Notes under the pieces: generated by a model
The model's input: the letters and a program-made list of their open reading frames with translations, nothing else
Databases searched by the model: none
What the model was told of the DNA's origin: nothing
Source of the DNA: Rickettsiales bacterium
Lineage (GTDB): Bacteria; Pseudomonadota; Alphaproteobacteria; Rickettsiales; UBA1997
Reading direction: 5' to 3'
DNA length: 48,749 nucleotides
Assembly (NCBI GenBank): GCA_016778745.1
Contig: JADHOZ010000001.1
Location: 1-48,749 of the forward strand
Part shown: positions 27,354 to 38,192 of the stretch, piece by piece
How positions within the stretch are numbered: the first letter of the stretch is position 1
Layout of the letters: each line of letters opens with the position of its first letter
Made by a program: the position numbers and the translations under genes

Positions 27354-28187
27354 ATGTCTAACTTAGAAAATATTATTGAAAAAGCGTTTGAAGCGCGCGC
27401 TGACGTTAACTTTTCAACTCAAGGTGAAATTAGAGACGCCGTCAACGAAACGCTTAACCAACTTGATTCAGGGAAATTAAGAATTTGTGAAAAAAATGAT
27501 GATGGTTGGAAAGTAAATCAATGGGCAAAAAAAGCAGTTCTTTTATCTTTTAGATTAAATGACAACTACGTCTCCAAAACAAATTCAAATGGCGACGCAA
27601 TTGTTAGTTTTGACAAAGTTCCTCTCAAATTTGCTAATTGGACTGAAGAAAATTTTAGAAAAGCGGGATTCAGAGCGGTTTCAGGTGCTGTGGTAAGGCA
27701 TTCAGCTTTTATTGCTAAAAATGTCGTGTTAATGCCATCTTTTGTTAATCTAGGAGCCTATGTTGATGAAGGAACCATGATTGATACATGGGCAACAGTT
27801 GGCTCATGTGCACAAATTGGTAAAAATTGTCATATTTCTGGTGGTGCAGGAATAGGTGGTGTCCTAGAGCCGTTGCAAGCAAATCCGGTCATTATTGAAG
27901 ATGACTGTTTTGTAGGTGCCAGAAGTGAAATTGCTGAAGGCGTTAGAGTAAGAAAAGGTGCAGTAATCTCAATGGGTGTTTATATTGGAGCCTCTACCAA
28001 AATTATTGATCGAGAAAGTGGTGAAATTTATTATGGAGAGATTCCTGAATATTCAGTTGTTGTTCCGGGAAATATAGCCTCAAATAAAGGCGCCAAAGAT
28101 TTATCACTTTATGCTGCCGTAATCGTCAAGAAAGTTGACGAAAAAACCAGATCTAAAACTTCGGTTAATGAATTATTGCGTGACTAA
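27354..28187 (+). CDS. dapD: 2,3,4,5-tetrahydropyridine-2,6-dicarboxylate N-succinyltransferase
   Basis: 277 aa with hexapeptide-repeat left-handed beta-helix sequence and a DapD-type N-terminal domain. Confidence 0.9.
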   Translation: MSNLENIIEKAFEARADVNFSTQGEIRDAVNETLNQLDSGKLRICEKNDDGWKVNQWAKKAVLLSFRLNDNYVSKTNSNGDAIVSFDKVPLKFANWTEENFRKAGFRAVSGAVVRHSAFIAKNVVLMPSFVNLGAYVDEGTMIDTWATVGSCAQIGKNCHISGGAGIGGVLEPLQANPVIIEDDCFVGARSEIAEGVRVRKGAVISMGVYIGASTKIIDRESGEIYYGEIPEYSVVVPGNIASNKGAKDLSLYAAVIVKKVDEKTRSKTSVNELLRD

Positions 28188-28726
28188 TGGAATTTAATAT
28201 AGAAATCGTAGCATATTTAGCTTTTGTTATTGCCAATATTTCTGCGATTTTCTTTGTTAGGTCCAACTTTGCTTCAATGGTAGTAATTTATCTATCTATT
28301 ATTTTTTTTATTATCATCAATATTTCTACTTTTGGTGAGGATCCCTCATTTCTAAAAATATCGTTTGCTTTATTTGTGATGTTGGTAATCGCAAATTCTT
28401 TATTTTCGAAAACATTAATTGAGAACAAAGAAACTGTCGGAGTTACGAAAATTCACATTACCTTTTTATCGATCACGTTTATTTCTTTATTGTTTGCAAT
28501 ACCATATCTCGATAGTGCCTCATCAAAGAATCGGGTCATTCATCAAGCGCAACTAAAGAAGGATAAATCTAACATCGCGCTTGTAAAATCAAGGAAAATA
28601 CAAAAGTTACAACATCTCGTTAAACATAAAATGCTCACCAATAATCTGAGTTTGATAATTTTATTCTTGACTTTCTTGCCTATTATGTTGCTTCCCTCTA
28701 AAGACTTAGCCCATGAGAATATATAA
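28187..28726 (+). CDS. Hypothetical polytopic membrane protein
   Basis: 179 aa with 4-5 hydrophobic segments. TAATG overlap with dapD and a 14-nt overlap with pyrD. Confidence 0.5.
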   Translation: MEFNIEIVAYLAFVIANISAIFFVRSNFASMVVIYLSIIFFIIINISTFGEDPSFLKISFALFVMLVIANSLFSKTLIENKETVGVTKIHITFLSITFISLLFAIPYLDSASSKNRVIHQAQLKKDKSNIALVKSRKIQKLQHLVKHKMLTNNLSLIILFLTFLPIMLLPSKDLAHENI

Positions 28727-29780
28727 AATTTTTCGACCATTAATCTTTTTATTACCTGCTGAAAAAGCTCACAACTTGGCGATAGTTTTTTTGAAATTCT
28801 TGCCGCATACCGTATCTTTATTTTCCTATCCCAAGAAATATGATTCCCTAAAAACTAAAATATTTGATATAGAGTTTGATAATCCGATTGGCTTGGCTGC
28901 TGGTTTTGATAAAAATGCCGAAGTTTTTAATAGTTTAAAGAGTTTTGGTTTTGGTTTTGTCGAAACAGGAACGGTTACCCCAAAACCGCAAAGCGGAAAT
29001 CCTAAGCCGCGAATGTTTCGTCTTAAAGAGGATAAGGGAGTTATCAATAGGCTGGGTTTTAATAATTTGGGAGCGGATAATTTTGAAAAAAATATTAATG
29101 CGAAAAAAAGTAGTGAGCTCGTTGTAGGAATTAATATAGGTAAAAATAAAGATACTCAAGACGATTTAGAGGATTATTTAATCTTGCTTAAGAGATTTTA
29201 CAGCAAAGCTAGCTATATCACTATTAATATTTCATCTCCAAATACTAAAAATCTACGAAATATTCAACATAAAGAAAATTTAGATAATTTTTTAGCGAAG
29301 ATAATATCGCTAAAAGAAGAAATGAAAGAAAATAAATATACTCCAATTTTACTAAAAATAGCTCCTGACTTAGATATAAAAGAGATTAAGGACATTGCTG
29401 AAGTGGTTTTAGCAAACAAAATTGATGGAGTAATAATTTCTAATACTACCGTTGATAGAAATCTTAAGTTAAAAAGTAAAAATAAGAGCGAGGCGGGTGG
29501 CTTAAGTGGAAAGCCATTATTTGAAAAATCCAATGAAGTGCTAAAAAACTTTTACCAATACACCAACAAGCAAGTGCCAATAATAGCGGTGGGTGGAATA
29601 TCAAACGCTAGCGATGTTTATGAAAAAATAAAAAATGGTGCTAGTCTCGTACAAATATATTCATCTTTTATCTATGAAGGATTTTCTTTGGTTGAAAAAA
29701 TAAAAAAAGATCTTAATGATATGCTTTTAAAAGACGGCTATAAAACTATTTCCCAGGCAGTTGGAACAAATATTAAATAA
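28713..29780 (+). CDS. pyrD: Dihydroorotate dehydrogenase (quinone), class 2
   Basis: 355 aa with a class-2 N-terminal extension (LPAEKAHNL), GFVETGTVTP and the catalytic-Ser region SSPNT. Confidence 0.9.
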   Translation: MRIYKIFRPLIFLLPAEKAHNLAIVFLKFLPHTVSLFSYPKKYDSLKTKIFDIEFDNPIGLAAGFDKNAEVFNSLKSFGFGFVETGTVTPKPQSGNPKPRMFRLKEDKGVINRLGFNNLGADNFEKNINAKKSSELVVGINIGKNKDTQDDLEDYLILLKRFYSKASYITINISSPNTKNLRNIQHKENLDNFLAKIISLKEEMKENKYTPILLKIAPDLDIKEIKDIAEVVLANKIDGVIISNTTVDRNLKLKSKNKSEAGGLSGKPLFEKSNEVLKNFYQYTNKQVPIIAVGGISNASDVYEKIKNGASLVQIYSSFIYEGFSLVEKIKKDLNDMLLKDGYKTISQAVGTNIK

Positions 29781-29788
29781 ACTATTCT

Positions 29789-30496
29789 ATGAAAAAACTA
29801 CTGATTTTATTATCCCTATTAATCTCGCCAATGACTATTGGTAGCTCTTATGCTAAGACTGAAGGTGCTTTGGTTGGTATTAATTATGTGTTAACACATG
29901 CAAGATATAAAGAAATTGTTGAGTATAATAATTCTGTTACTCCTGGAGCTAACAGAATTAAGCCATATTACTATAATATGCATGGTGCTTCTTTGGATCT
30001 AAAATATGCCGCTAATATGAATAATTTTTTCATTGCTCCAGGCATTTTTTATGAACAAAATTCATTTGGAGGAGAGGAGTCTGGAAGTAAAAAAAGAAAC
30101 CCTAGAGATCCTTCATCAATACAAGTTCAGCATCGATTCGGTGCCAAGGTGGATATTGGATATGACATTAATTCTTTTTCTGGTGGCGGGCGGGACATAT
30201 CCCCATATTTAACGCTAGGTTACGCTACACTAAAATATAAGGCCAAGGAAGAAATACCAGGAATATTAGGTGGCAATATTCTAAAAACAACCCATCAAGA
30301 TTATGCGCAAAATTGGTTTTTTGGTGCTGGTTTAAAAGTTAATATAATAGATAATCTTAGCGCCAATATAGAATATAATTGGCAACAAGTTGATTTAGAT
30401 ATTGAAATTCCAGATCGACATAAAAGAATTTACGATGATTTGCGCTATAAAACTGATCTTCATATCATAAAAGCTGGTATTATCTTGCAATTTTAG
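29789..30496 (+). CDS. Outer-membrane beta-barrel protein (porin/OmpA-like opacity family)
   Basis: 235 aa with a signal peptide (SSYA-KTEG), alternating beta-strand pattern and a C-terminal ...GIILQF ending in aromatic Phe. Confidence 0.65.
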   Translation: MKKLLILLSLLISPMTIGSSYAKTEGALVGINYVLTHARYKEIVEYNNSVTPGANRIKPYYYNMHGASLDLKYAANMNNFFIAPGIFYEQNSFGGEESGSKKRNPRDPSSIQVQHRFGAKVDIGYDINSFSGGGRDISPYLTLGYATLKYKAKEEIPGILGGNILKTTHQDYAQNWFFGAGLKVNIIDNLSANIEYNWQQVDLDIEIPDRHKRIYDDLRYKTDLHIIKAGIILQF

Positions 30497-30579
30497 TGAT
30501 AAATTTGACTTATAAAACTTTCCTTATATCTTGCCGACCCATTATTAATAAAGTGTCCAAGTGACAAACAACATATTCA

Positions 30580-32259
30580 ATGACAGATTTAGTAAAGTTT
30601 AGAGAATTAGGGTTATCAGATGCGATGATAGAATGCCTTCATAAAAAAGGTTTTGAAGAGCCAACTCCAATCCAAGCAAAAACAATTCCATTTTTATTGT
30701 CATCAGATTTAGATCTGATTGGTAAAGCCCAGACGGGGACAGGCAAAACAGCTGCTTTTGGTATTCCTATTGTGGAGAAAATCACAAGCAATGCTGGTCA
30801 TGTCCAAACTCTTATTATGGCTCCAACCAGAGAGCTAGCTATTCAAGTTACAGAAGAGCTGAGCTCATTTTGTGAAGGAAAAAAAATAAAAGTAATAGCA
30901 ATTTATGGTGGTCAGCCAATTGAAAGGCAAATTTCTAGACTTAACAGAGGAGTAGATATTGTTGTTGGAACTCCAGGTAGAATTCTAGACCATATTAGCC
31001 GCAAGACTCTTAATATTGCAAAAATCCAACATATTGTTTTAGATGAAGCAGATGAGATGTTAAATATGGGATTCATTGATGATATTGAAGAAATCCTAAA
31101 GTCGGCGCCACAAGATAGAAGAACAATTCTTTTCTCAGCCACGATGCCTTCTCATATTGAAAAGCTGGCTAAGAATTACATGAAAAACTACGAAATAATA
31201 TCCGTAGCAAGTGAGCAAATCGGTCGAGATAATATTCAGCAAATCTATTTTGAAGTATCTCAATCTGATAAATTCGAAGCTTTATTTAGAATTATCGATG
31301 TTGAACAAAGTTTTTATGGTGTAGTTTTTTGTAGAACAAAAATTGATGTTGATGAAATTGCTAGTAAATTATCAAATCGAGGTTGTAGAGCGGAAGCGCT
31401 TCACGGAGACTTATCCCAAAACCAAAGAGAAAAAATACTCTCAAAGTTCAAAAACAAAAGAGTAACCGTTTTAGTTGCCACAGACGTTGCGGCAAGAGGA
31501 ATTGATATTGATAATTTAACGCATGTGATAAATTACGCTCTACCACAAGATCCAGAAAGCTATGTTCATAGAATTGGCAGAACTGGAAGGGCAGGAAAAA
31601 GTGGTACGGCAATTACCTTAATCACTCCGTCAGAATATCGTAAGCTTACTTCAATTCAAAGAATTGCTAATACTAAAATTACTAAGCAAAAAGTGCCTAA
31701 TATTGAGGAAGTAATTGAGTCAAAAAAACAAAGAATTAAAAGTGATTTAGAAAAAATTATAAAAGATAATAACTTTGATGATTTAAACGAGGTTGCTTCA
31801 GAAATTCTAAATGAAAATGATGATCCAAAAATAGTACTAACTGCATTGCTTAAATTGGCGTTTAAAGACGAGCTAAATGAGAGCAGTTACAATAAGATTG
31901 ATGATGTCTCTTCTTATAAAAAGAACAAGGATTATTATTACGATGATCGTGGGATGAGCGGCTTTAGACCAATTGGCAAGGGTTCCAAGAGAGGATACGT
32001 TGATAGAAAAGGTACGGCCAGACTATTCATTGCCAAGGGTAAAAAAGATAGTATGAGTCCAAGAAAATTGGTTGAATTTATTCAAAAAGAAACCGGCGTT
32101 AGCCAAGATAAAATCGACGATGTCAAGATTATGGATTCTTTTTCTTTCTTTGCGGCGCCCTTTGGTGATGTAGAAAAAATTCTTAATGTATTTCAGAACA
32201 AGTCACGCGGTAATGGGAATAGATCTTTGGTGTCTAGAGCGAAAGATAAGAAAAACTAA
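30580..32259 (+). CDS. DEAD-box ATP-dependent RNA helicase (DeaD/CsdA-like with a C-terminal RNA-binding extension)
   Basis: 559 aa. Q motif, AQTGTGKT, PTRELA, DEAD, SAT, HRIGRTGRAG. Confidence 0.9.
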   Translation: MTDLVKFRELGLSDAMIECLHKKGFEEPTPIQAKTIPFLLSSDLDLIGKAQTGTGKTAAFGIPIVEKITSNAGHVQTLIMAPTRELAIQVTEELSSFCEGKKIKVIAIYGGQPIERQISRLNRGVDIVVGTPGRILDHISRKTLNIAKIQHIVLDEADEMLNMGFIDDIEEILKSAPQDRRTILFSATMPSHIEKLAKNYMKNYEIISVASEQIGRDNIQQIYFEVSQSDKFEALFRIIDVEQSFYGVVFCRTKIDVDEIASKLSNRGCRAEALHGDLSQNQREKILSKFKNKRVTVLVATDVAARGIDIDNLTHVINYALPQDPESYVHRIGRTGRAGKSGTAITLITPSEYRKLTSIQRIANTKITKQKVPNIEEVIESKKQRIKSDLEKIIKDNNFDDLNEVASEILNENDDPKIVLTALLKLAFKDELNESSYNKIDDVSSYKKNKDYYYDDRGMSGFRPIGKGSKRGYVDRKGTARLFIAKGKKDSMSPRKLVEFIQKETGVSQDKIDDVKIMDSFSFFAAPFGDVEKILNVFQNKSRGNGNRSLVSRAKDKKN

Positions 32260-32297
32260 CCTAGTTTATTTTTTTACTAAGTCCTAACAATAGATAG

Positions 32298-33260
32298 TTA
32301 CTTGTCGCCCATAGTCCAAAGCAAGATAGCTTTTTGGATATGTAATCTGTTTTCAACTTCATCAAATACTACCGAAGCCTCAGAATCAATAACTTCTGAT
32401 GTTACTTCATATTCACGATAGGCTGGCAAGCAGTGAGTAAATATAGCATTATCAGAGGCTAAAGACATTATGTCGGAATTAACTTGATATGGTTTTAAAA
32501 CATTGATTTTCTTCTGTCTAAGAGCGTCATTGTGTTCAGTTTCGTCGCCCATAGAAAACCAAGTATCCGTGATCACAACCTCTGCATCTTTAGCAGCCTC
32601 TTTTGGATCATTTACTACCGTTACTTTAGCTCCAGAATCTTGCGCTTTTTTGATTTCTACATCGCACAAATCAAACTCTTTTAAGTCTGAATTAGTAGGA
32701 ACTGCCATTGTCAGCTCATAGCTAAATTTCTTAGCTCCATGTATATAAGAATTTAAAACATTATTAGCATCTCCGAACCAAGAAAGTCTTTTACCCTCTA
32801 TGCTTGTTCCTAAAGTTTCCTCAATCGTCATTATACTAGCCATAATTTGACAAGGATGAGAAAAATCAGATAAAGCGTTAATAACCGGTACATCAGAATA
32901 TTTAGCAATATCAACAATTGTATCATGTGAGATTGCTCTAATCATAATGCCATCAACATATCTTGATAATGCTTTTGCGGTGTCAGAAGCGCTTTCGCCT
33001 TTTACAAGTTGCATGTCGGTTTTGTTCATAACAATCGCATTACCGCCAAGCTGATTAAAGCCAACATCAAAAGAAACTCTCGTTCTTGTAGAGGTTTTCT
33101 CAAAAATCATCGCTAGGTTTTTGTGCGCTAATAATTCGCTGTGACCCCTGAAGGCTCTACCTTTATCCTTATATTCCTTCTTTAATTTTTTTGCTAATTC
33201 AATAATTTCGCGTAAATCACTTGAACTTATATCATCAAGATCGATAAAATGTTTAACCAT
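32298..33260 (-). CDS. argF: Ornithine carbamoyltransferase
   Basis: 320 aa with motifs STRTRVSF, DTWFSMG and HCLPA. Confidence 0.85.
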   Translation of the reverse strand: MVKHFIDLDDISSSDLREIIELAKKLKKEYKDKGRAFRGHSELLAHKNLAMIFEKTSTRTRVSFDVGFNQLGGNAIVMNKTDMQLVKGESASDTAKALSRYVDGIMIRAISHDTIVDIAKYSDVPVINALSDFSHPCQIMASIMTIEETLGTSIEGKRLSWFGDANNVLNSYIHGAKKFSYELTMAVPTNSDLKEFDLCDVEIKKAQDSGAKVTVVNDPKEAAKDAEVVITDTWFSMGDETEHNDALRQKKINVLKPYQVNSDIMSLASDNAIFTHCLPAYREYEVTSEVIDSEASVVFDEVENRLHIQKAILLWTMGDK

Positions 33261-33411
33261 ATCTATACCGTAAATAATTACTATTCAGATTAAAAACTCG
33301 CAGATCCCCTAAAACTAAAAGCCGGGGCTCATTTGTCAATAAATAATATAAAATAAACGATACTGTGAATATAGTAAATTCATAGTTGAACAAAATTTAA
33401 AAATTTAAAAT

Positions 33412-34578
33412 ATGCCTTCTTTAAAGAAAAATATTTTCATAGTAGCTGGTGGAACGGGAGGCCATATAATACCGGCAAGATGTGTGAGTGAAGAATTATC
33501 AAAAAATTACACAACAACATTCTTTGGAGATTGTAAACTTAAGGGCTACATCAGAGAAGATGATGTTTTTAAATCCCGCATTATCATGTCATCGCAAATA
33601 TCGAAGTCTCCGGCAAAATTAATTAAGGCAGCAATAAAAATATCTTTAGGAATAATGCAAAGTTTATGCTGTCTCTTATGGGTGCGCCCAAAATATATTA
33701 TTGCTTTTGGTGGCTACGCTACTTTTCCTATGCTCGTAGCATCGGTGATATTGCGAAAAAAAATCATTCTTCATGAGCAAAATTCTCATTTAGGTAAGGT
33801 AAATAGAATTTTTGCAAAATATGCCTATAAAATAGCGTTATCATTTCCTAGTACGGATGGCCTTCCAAAAACAATAGAAAACAAAACCATCCTAACTGGA
33901 AATCCGGTCCGAAAAGAAATATTGGCCCTCAATGATTTAAAATATGAACTACCGGTGATAAAATATCCAGAATTTAGAAAAGACAATAAAATGGGCTATA
34001 ATGTTATTTTGAAATCTGATTTTGAGCCACAAAAAATAAAAAGAGATTTATTTAAAATATTAGTCATTGGGGGTTCTGGTGGAGCCAAGATATTTAGCGA
34101 GGTACTACCAAAAGCTTTTTTCAATCTCAAAGATGACATTAAAGCAAACATTGTTATAACGCAGCAATGTAGGCCAGAGCTGACAAAGTCAACTTTTGAA
34201 CAATATAGATCATATAATCTTAATATTATCATTGATTCTTTTTTTCATGATATGCCTCAAATTATTAAAGAATCTCACTTAATTATTGCCAGAGCTGGCT
34301 CATCATCTCTATTTGAGTTCTGTGCTGCAAAAAAACCAATGATTTTGATACCATTTGCAAAATCTGCGGATAATCATCAGCAAAAAAATGCTAATTATCT
34401 AGAAAAAGAAGGGGCCGCAATCGTAATCAAAGAAGAAAATCTAAAAATTAACGAGTTCTCAGATTTAATAACGAGGCTGATACAAGATAGTACAACATTA
34501 AAAAAAATGTCGCACAATTCTTCTTATATCACGCCCAAAGATTCTGTTTCTAAAATTATTAAGATAATGAATGACTAA
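33412..34578 (+). CDS. murG: UDP-N-acetylglucosamine--N-acetylmuramyl-(pentapeptide) pyrophosphoryl-undecaprenol GlcNAc transferase
   Basis: 388 aa with N-terminal AGGTGGHIIPA and a C-terminal glycosyltransferase 28 domain. Not embedded in a dcw cluster. Confidence 0.85.
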   Translation: MPSLKKNIFIVAGGTGGHIIPARCVSEELSKNYTTTFFGDCKLKGYIREDDVFKSRIIMSSQISKSPAKLIKAAIKISLGIMQSLCCLLWVRPKYIIAFGGYATFPMLVASVILRKKIILHEQNSHLGKVNRIFAKYAYKIALSFPSTDGLPKTIENKTILTGNPVRKEILALNDLKYELPVIKYPEFRKDNKMGYNVILKSDFEPQKIKRDLFKILVIGGSGGAKIFSEVLPKAFFNLKDDIKANIVITQQCRPELTKSTFEQYRSYNLNIIIDSFFHDMPQIIKESHLIIARAGSSSLFEFCAAKKPMILIPFAKSADNHQQKNANYLEKEGAAIVIKEENLKINEFSDLITRLIQDSTTLKKMSHNSSYITPKDSVSKIIKIMND

Positions 34579-35038
34579 GCAAAAAAATAATACGATAAAA
34601 GAAGGCGATTATAGTTTGGGCAAAATGCTATATACTAAGCGAAATGACTTAGGTCTGTGCGTTGACTTTATTGCTAAAGAGTTGAACGTTAAAGCAAGAG
34701 ACATTTTGTCAATAGAGCGTAACGATCTCACTAATATTTCTAAGAATCTTTACTTGCCTGGAATAATTGCTGGATATGCGAGAATAGTTGGGATTGATAA
34801 AAAAACGATTGCTAAAAAAGCTAAAGATTTAAACTCGCTTGATAGTCATAAAAAAACAAAATCAAACCTTAAAATGGGTAATGGTAATATCAGTCATTCT
34901 CCACGAAGAGAAATATATATTTTCAGTTTATTTGCGTCATCAATCATCGTATTTATTTTGTTGTGTTATTACAATTACACAATAAAAACTAACGCTAGCC
35001 TAGTTTATGATTTTATTAAAAACTATAAACTTAAATGA
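34571..35038 (+). CDS. XRE-type HTH protein with a C-terminal TM anchor (short RodZ-like)
   Basis: 155 aa with an HTH region (LGKMLYTKRNDLGLCVDFIAKELNVKARDILSIE) and a TM (IYIFSLFASSIIVFILLCYY). 8-nt overlap with murG. Confidence 0.4.
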   Translation: MTKQKNNTIKEGDYSLGKMLYTKRNDLGLCVDFIAKELNVKARDILSIERNDLTNISKNLYLPGIIAGYARIVGIDKKTIAKKAKDLNSLDSHKKTKSNLKMGNGNISHSPRREIYIFSLFASSIIVFILLCYYNYTIKTNASLVYDFIKNYKLK

Positions 35039-38000
35039 GTGTAGGAGAAGAGCAAATAAAAGAGCAAAAAGAATTACTTGATAAGTTGGCGAGTTTGAAA
35101 GATAAAGTTCTTCAAAATAAGCCGGCTAGATATTCCTTGGCGTTTCTTTTTTTGTTTTTAGCCATTCTTCTGTTTCTTCCTATTCTAGTAAATAACAATG
35201 CCTTAAAGGGAAGTAGTGTAAAAAAACTCAAAGAGGTGTTAGGTCAAGATGTCTTGATTAAAGGAGATATGAATGTTGAGATATTGCCATCTCCAAAAAT
35301 TATTGCCAGGGATATCTTAATTCTCAACTATAGTTTGCCAAATTCTAAATATAGCTACAACCTTTATGCAAAAAAAGCTGAGATAAAACTGAGATTTTTC
35401 TATTCTTCAAAAAGTTCTGCTATAAAAGAGATAAAGTTTTCAGACCTTATAGTCGAAAAGAAATATATAAGTTCATATAATCAAGAATCAGAAGGGTACG
35501 ACATTCAAAATGTTAAACTCGCTTTAAAAAATAAATATCAAAATATCAGTAATAAGGTCGATAAATCAGCTTCTGGTATCAATTTAAGCTCTCTATCCCT
35601 TGCAAAAGTTGCTAAGTCAGATTTTTCTTTGAAAAAATTTCCTAGAATCAACATATCAAATGCCAAGATAATAACGTACGATGTTTATGACAATAAACGA
35701 GAATATAACTCTCTGAATTGTGACATTGATATTAGTAGCAATAAAATAAAATCTGATGGATATTTTGTTGTTGAAGATATTCTAACATCCTTCGAAACCA
35801 AATTGGTTTTTGATAAAAAAATAGAAGATAAATCGGATTCCTATCTACAAATTAAGTCTCCATCCCTTAATTTTAGATTTGATGGAGATCTTGCTAGCCC
35901 TGAGGGTTTGGGTGAAAATTTTGAGATTAGAGGTTCGTTTATATCCGAAATCAAAGATTTGAAAGATTTTTATTTGAGCTATGTTGGAGCTAAAAGTGCA
36001 TTTGCTGCTAAATTAAAAAATAATACACCCCTCATAAAAATAAACGCCAAAATAAGCAGTAATAAAGATGGTTCGTTTGTAGATGATTTAAAAATAGTAT
36101 CGCCCATCATTAATGGTTCAGGATCTGTTAGTATTTATAAGTCTTCGACGGTACCCATTATTGATATATTATTAGATATTAAGGACATAGATGTTGATGC
36201 TATGTGGTCCACATCTCATGTCAAAGTAGAAGAAAAAGAAGCGGACCAAAAAGCAAACCCAATATTTGGAATTGATAAGGTAGAAACATTTTTTGTGGGG
36301 AATGCTCCAGAAATTTTTAAAAAAGATTTTGATTTAACGTTAGAAATAAAATCAGCTTTAGCGGTATATAAGTCGACCACATTGAGAGATTTAAACATTT
36401 ATTTAAATTCTCATAATTACGGACAGTTAATTTTTAATCCTATTTCTTTTTCGTTTCCAGGTAACGGTAAATTTCATGCCAATGGTGAGCTAAATAGTAG
36501 CGGAGGAGTTCCGAAATTCGTTGGCAAGATCAATGTTTCCGGAGAAGATCCCGAGAGAATTTTAAGTAGGGGAGTGAGTCAAAATAATGGGCTAAAACTA
36601 AATTTTATTTCAAAATATAAGCTATATTCTAATTTAGTATTATTGCCAAGTAAGATGGATTTGGAAAATTTATTCATAAATCTTAATGAAGATGAAACTG
36701 AATTATCGGGAAATTTGAATTTTGCAATTGTAGATAAAAAACCCCTTTTGAAAGGAAAGTTCAGGATTAATAACATTAATATCCAAGATCAGGTTAAAAA
36801 TTTTAACATCAAAGAATATACCCACAAAGGTTCGCTAATAGAAAAAGTTTTTTGGCTCAATGACCTATCATACGAAACAAGTCTAGAATTAAAGCTTGAT
36901 AAAATTAGCTATGATGAAAAAGAATTTTTTGATAATACAGCGAATGTGCAAATTAAAAGAGGAAAAATTATTTTAGATAACGTTGTTATTGCGCCCAAAT
37001 CTCATAATTCAAGGATGAATTTTGTTGTTGATATTAGCAAGTCGACTCCAGAGCTATCATTAAGCCTATATACAAAGAATTTAGCACTATTTAGTGAAGG
37101 CTCCAAGGAAGACAAAGTCAAATATATCTCGAATAAAGATGGTGCTATTATGGATAAAGGCTCAATCATAGATGCAAATACTATATTGAAGAAAAATGCT
37201 TTTGACCAATTTTTCGATTTTGTATCGTTAAATGGCTTTAGTGGAGAATTGCGGGTGGCTATTGAAAAAATGCGTCTTAAAAATCAACTTTTAGAGAATT
37301 TTAAGTTTAATTCAAAGTTAAATAATGGAGTTTTGGATAATGTGTTAATAACCACTAAATCAGGCAATACAGATTTTCAATATGAAGGAACAATTGGTCT
37401 CAAGAAAATCAAAACGTTAAGCGGAACGGCGCTGTTAAAAAATGCCAGAATCCAGCCGATGGGATCGGAATTGTTCAATCTTCACAAACTGGATGCCGTC
37501 TTCAACGCCTCAATGGCTATTAGTTCGTTTGGTGGCGATACTAAATCATTCGTACAAAATATTGACGGTGAATTGAAGTTTAACTCAGTCGCTCCTGAGG
37601 TTAGTGGATATGGTTTAAATAACTTGATACGTAAAATGTTTTTTCCAAGGAAAAATATCGAAGCGTTAAAGGCTCCAGAAAAAATAGTGGATAATGAAAA
37701 TTCTAATACCCGTTTCAAAAATGCTGTTGGCTCGGTTATATTTAGAAAAGGAAATGCAAAAGTTGAGTCAAAAGTGGAGGGGATACTTTCAAATAGTGTT
37801 TTAATCGGAAATATCACGCTAGTAAATGAAGAAGTTGACTTAGCATTTAATACAATCTTCATGACAGGATCTAGGAAAAAATTAACCCCAATTGCGGTGG
37901 CAACAAATATTAGTGGTAAATTTGGAGATCTACTCTACACGGCAAATTACGATCAGGTTTTGCAATATTTGGGCCTAAAAAAGATTGAAAAGACCCTGGC

Positions 38001-38184
38001 AAAAGAAGAGGGGGGAGTTGAGACGCAAGATGGTAGTGCGGATGAAGAAGTCACCCCACAAAATACACTGGACAATAAAACTCTTGAACAAATCAGAAAA
38101 GAAAGGTTAAATAAGGCAAAATCAGTCCTTAGAAGACAGGGAATTCAGATCCCTGAGGATTTTGAAAATAACGATGTGAAGTAA
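35035..38184 (+). CDS. AsmA-family large envelope protein
   Basis: 1049 aa with an N-terminal TM anchor (YSLAFLFLFLAILLFLPILV) and a long beta-rich periplasmic body. ATGA overlap with the upstream gene. Confidence 0.45.
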   Translation: MSVGEEQIKEQKELLDKLASLKDKVLQNKPARYSLAFLFLFLAILLFLPILVNNNALKGSSVKKLKEVLGQDVLIKGDMNVEILPSPKIIARDILILNYSLPNSKYSYNLYAKKAEIKLRFFYSSKSSAIKEIKFSDLIVEKKYISSYNQESEGYDIQNVKLALKNKYQNISNKVDKSASGINLSSLSLAKVAKSDFSLKKFPRINISNAKIITYDVYDNKREYNSLNCDIDISSNKIKSDGYFVVEDILTSFETKLVFDKKIEDKSDSYLQIKSPSLNFRFDGDLASPEGLGENFEIRGSFISEIKDLKDFYLSYVGAKSAFAAKLKNNTPLIKINAKISSNKDGSFVDDLKIVSPIINGSGSVSIYKSSTVPIIDILLDIKDIDVDAMWSTSHVKVEEKEADQKANPIFGIDKVETFFVGNAPEIFKKDFDLTLEIKSALAVYKSTTLRDLNIYLNSHNYGQLIFNPISFSFPGNGKFHANGELNSSGGVPKFVGKINVSGEDPERILSRGVSQNNGLKLNFISKYKLYSNLVLLPSKMDLENLFINLNEDETELSGNLNFAIVDKKPLLKGKFRINNINIQDQVKNFNIKEYTHKGSLIEKVFWLNDLSYETSLELKLDKISYDEKEFFDNTANVQIKRGKIILDNVVIAPKSHNSRMNFVVDISKSTPELSLSLYTKNLALFSEGSKEDKVKYISNKDGAIMDKGSIIDANTILKKNAFDQFFDFVSLNGFSGELRVAIEKMRLKNQLLENFKFNSKLNNGVLDNVLITTKSGNTDFQYEGTIGLKKIKTLSGTALLKNARIQPMGSELFNLHKLDAVFNASMAISSFGGDTKSFVQNIDGELKFNSVAPEVSGYGLNNLIRKMFFPRKNIEALKAPEKIVDNENSNTRFKNAVGSVIFRKGNAKVESKVEGILSNSVLIGNITLVNEEVDLAFNTIFMTGSRKKLTPIAVATNISGKFGDLLYTANYDQVLQYLGLKKIEKTLAKEEGGVETQDGSADEEVTPQNTLDNKTLEQIRKERLNKAKSVLRRQGIQIPEDFENNDVK

Positions 38185-38192
38185 ATAATAAA

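Noticed and set aside
33363-33385. Inverted repeat CTGTGAAT-N7-ATTCATAG between argF and murG as a possible ArgR (ARG box) operator.
   Set aside because: The ARG box core is TGAAT-N4-ATTCA. The spacing here is 7 nt and only one box is present, about 100 nt from the argF start. Not enough to call.
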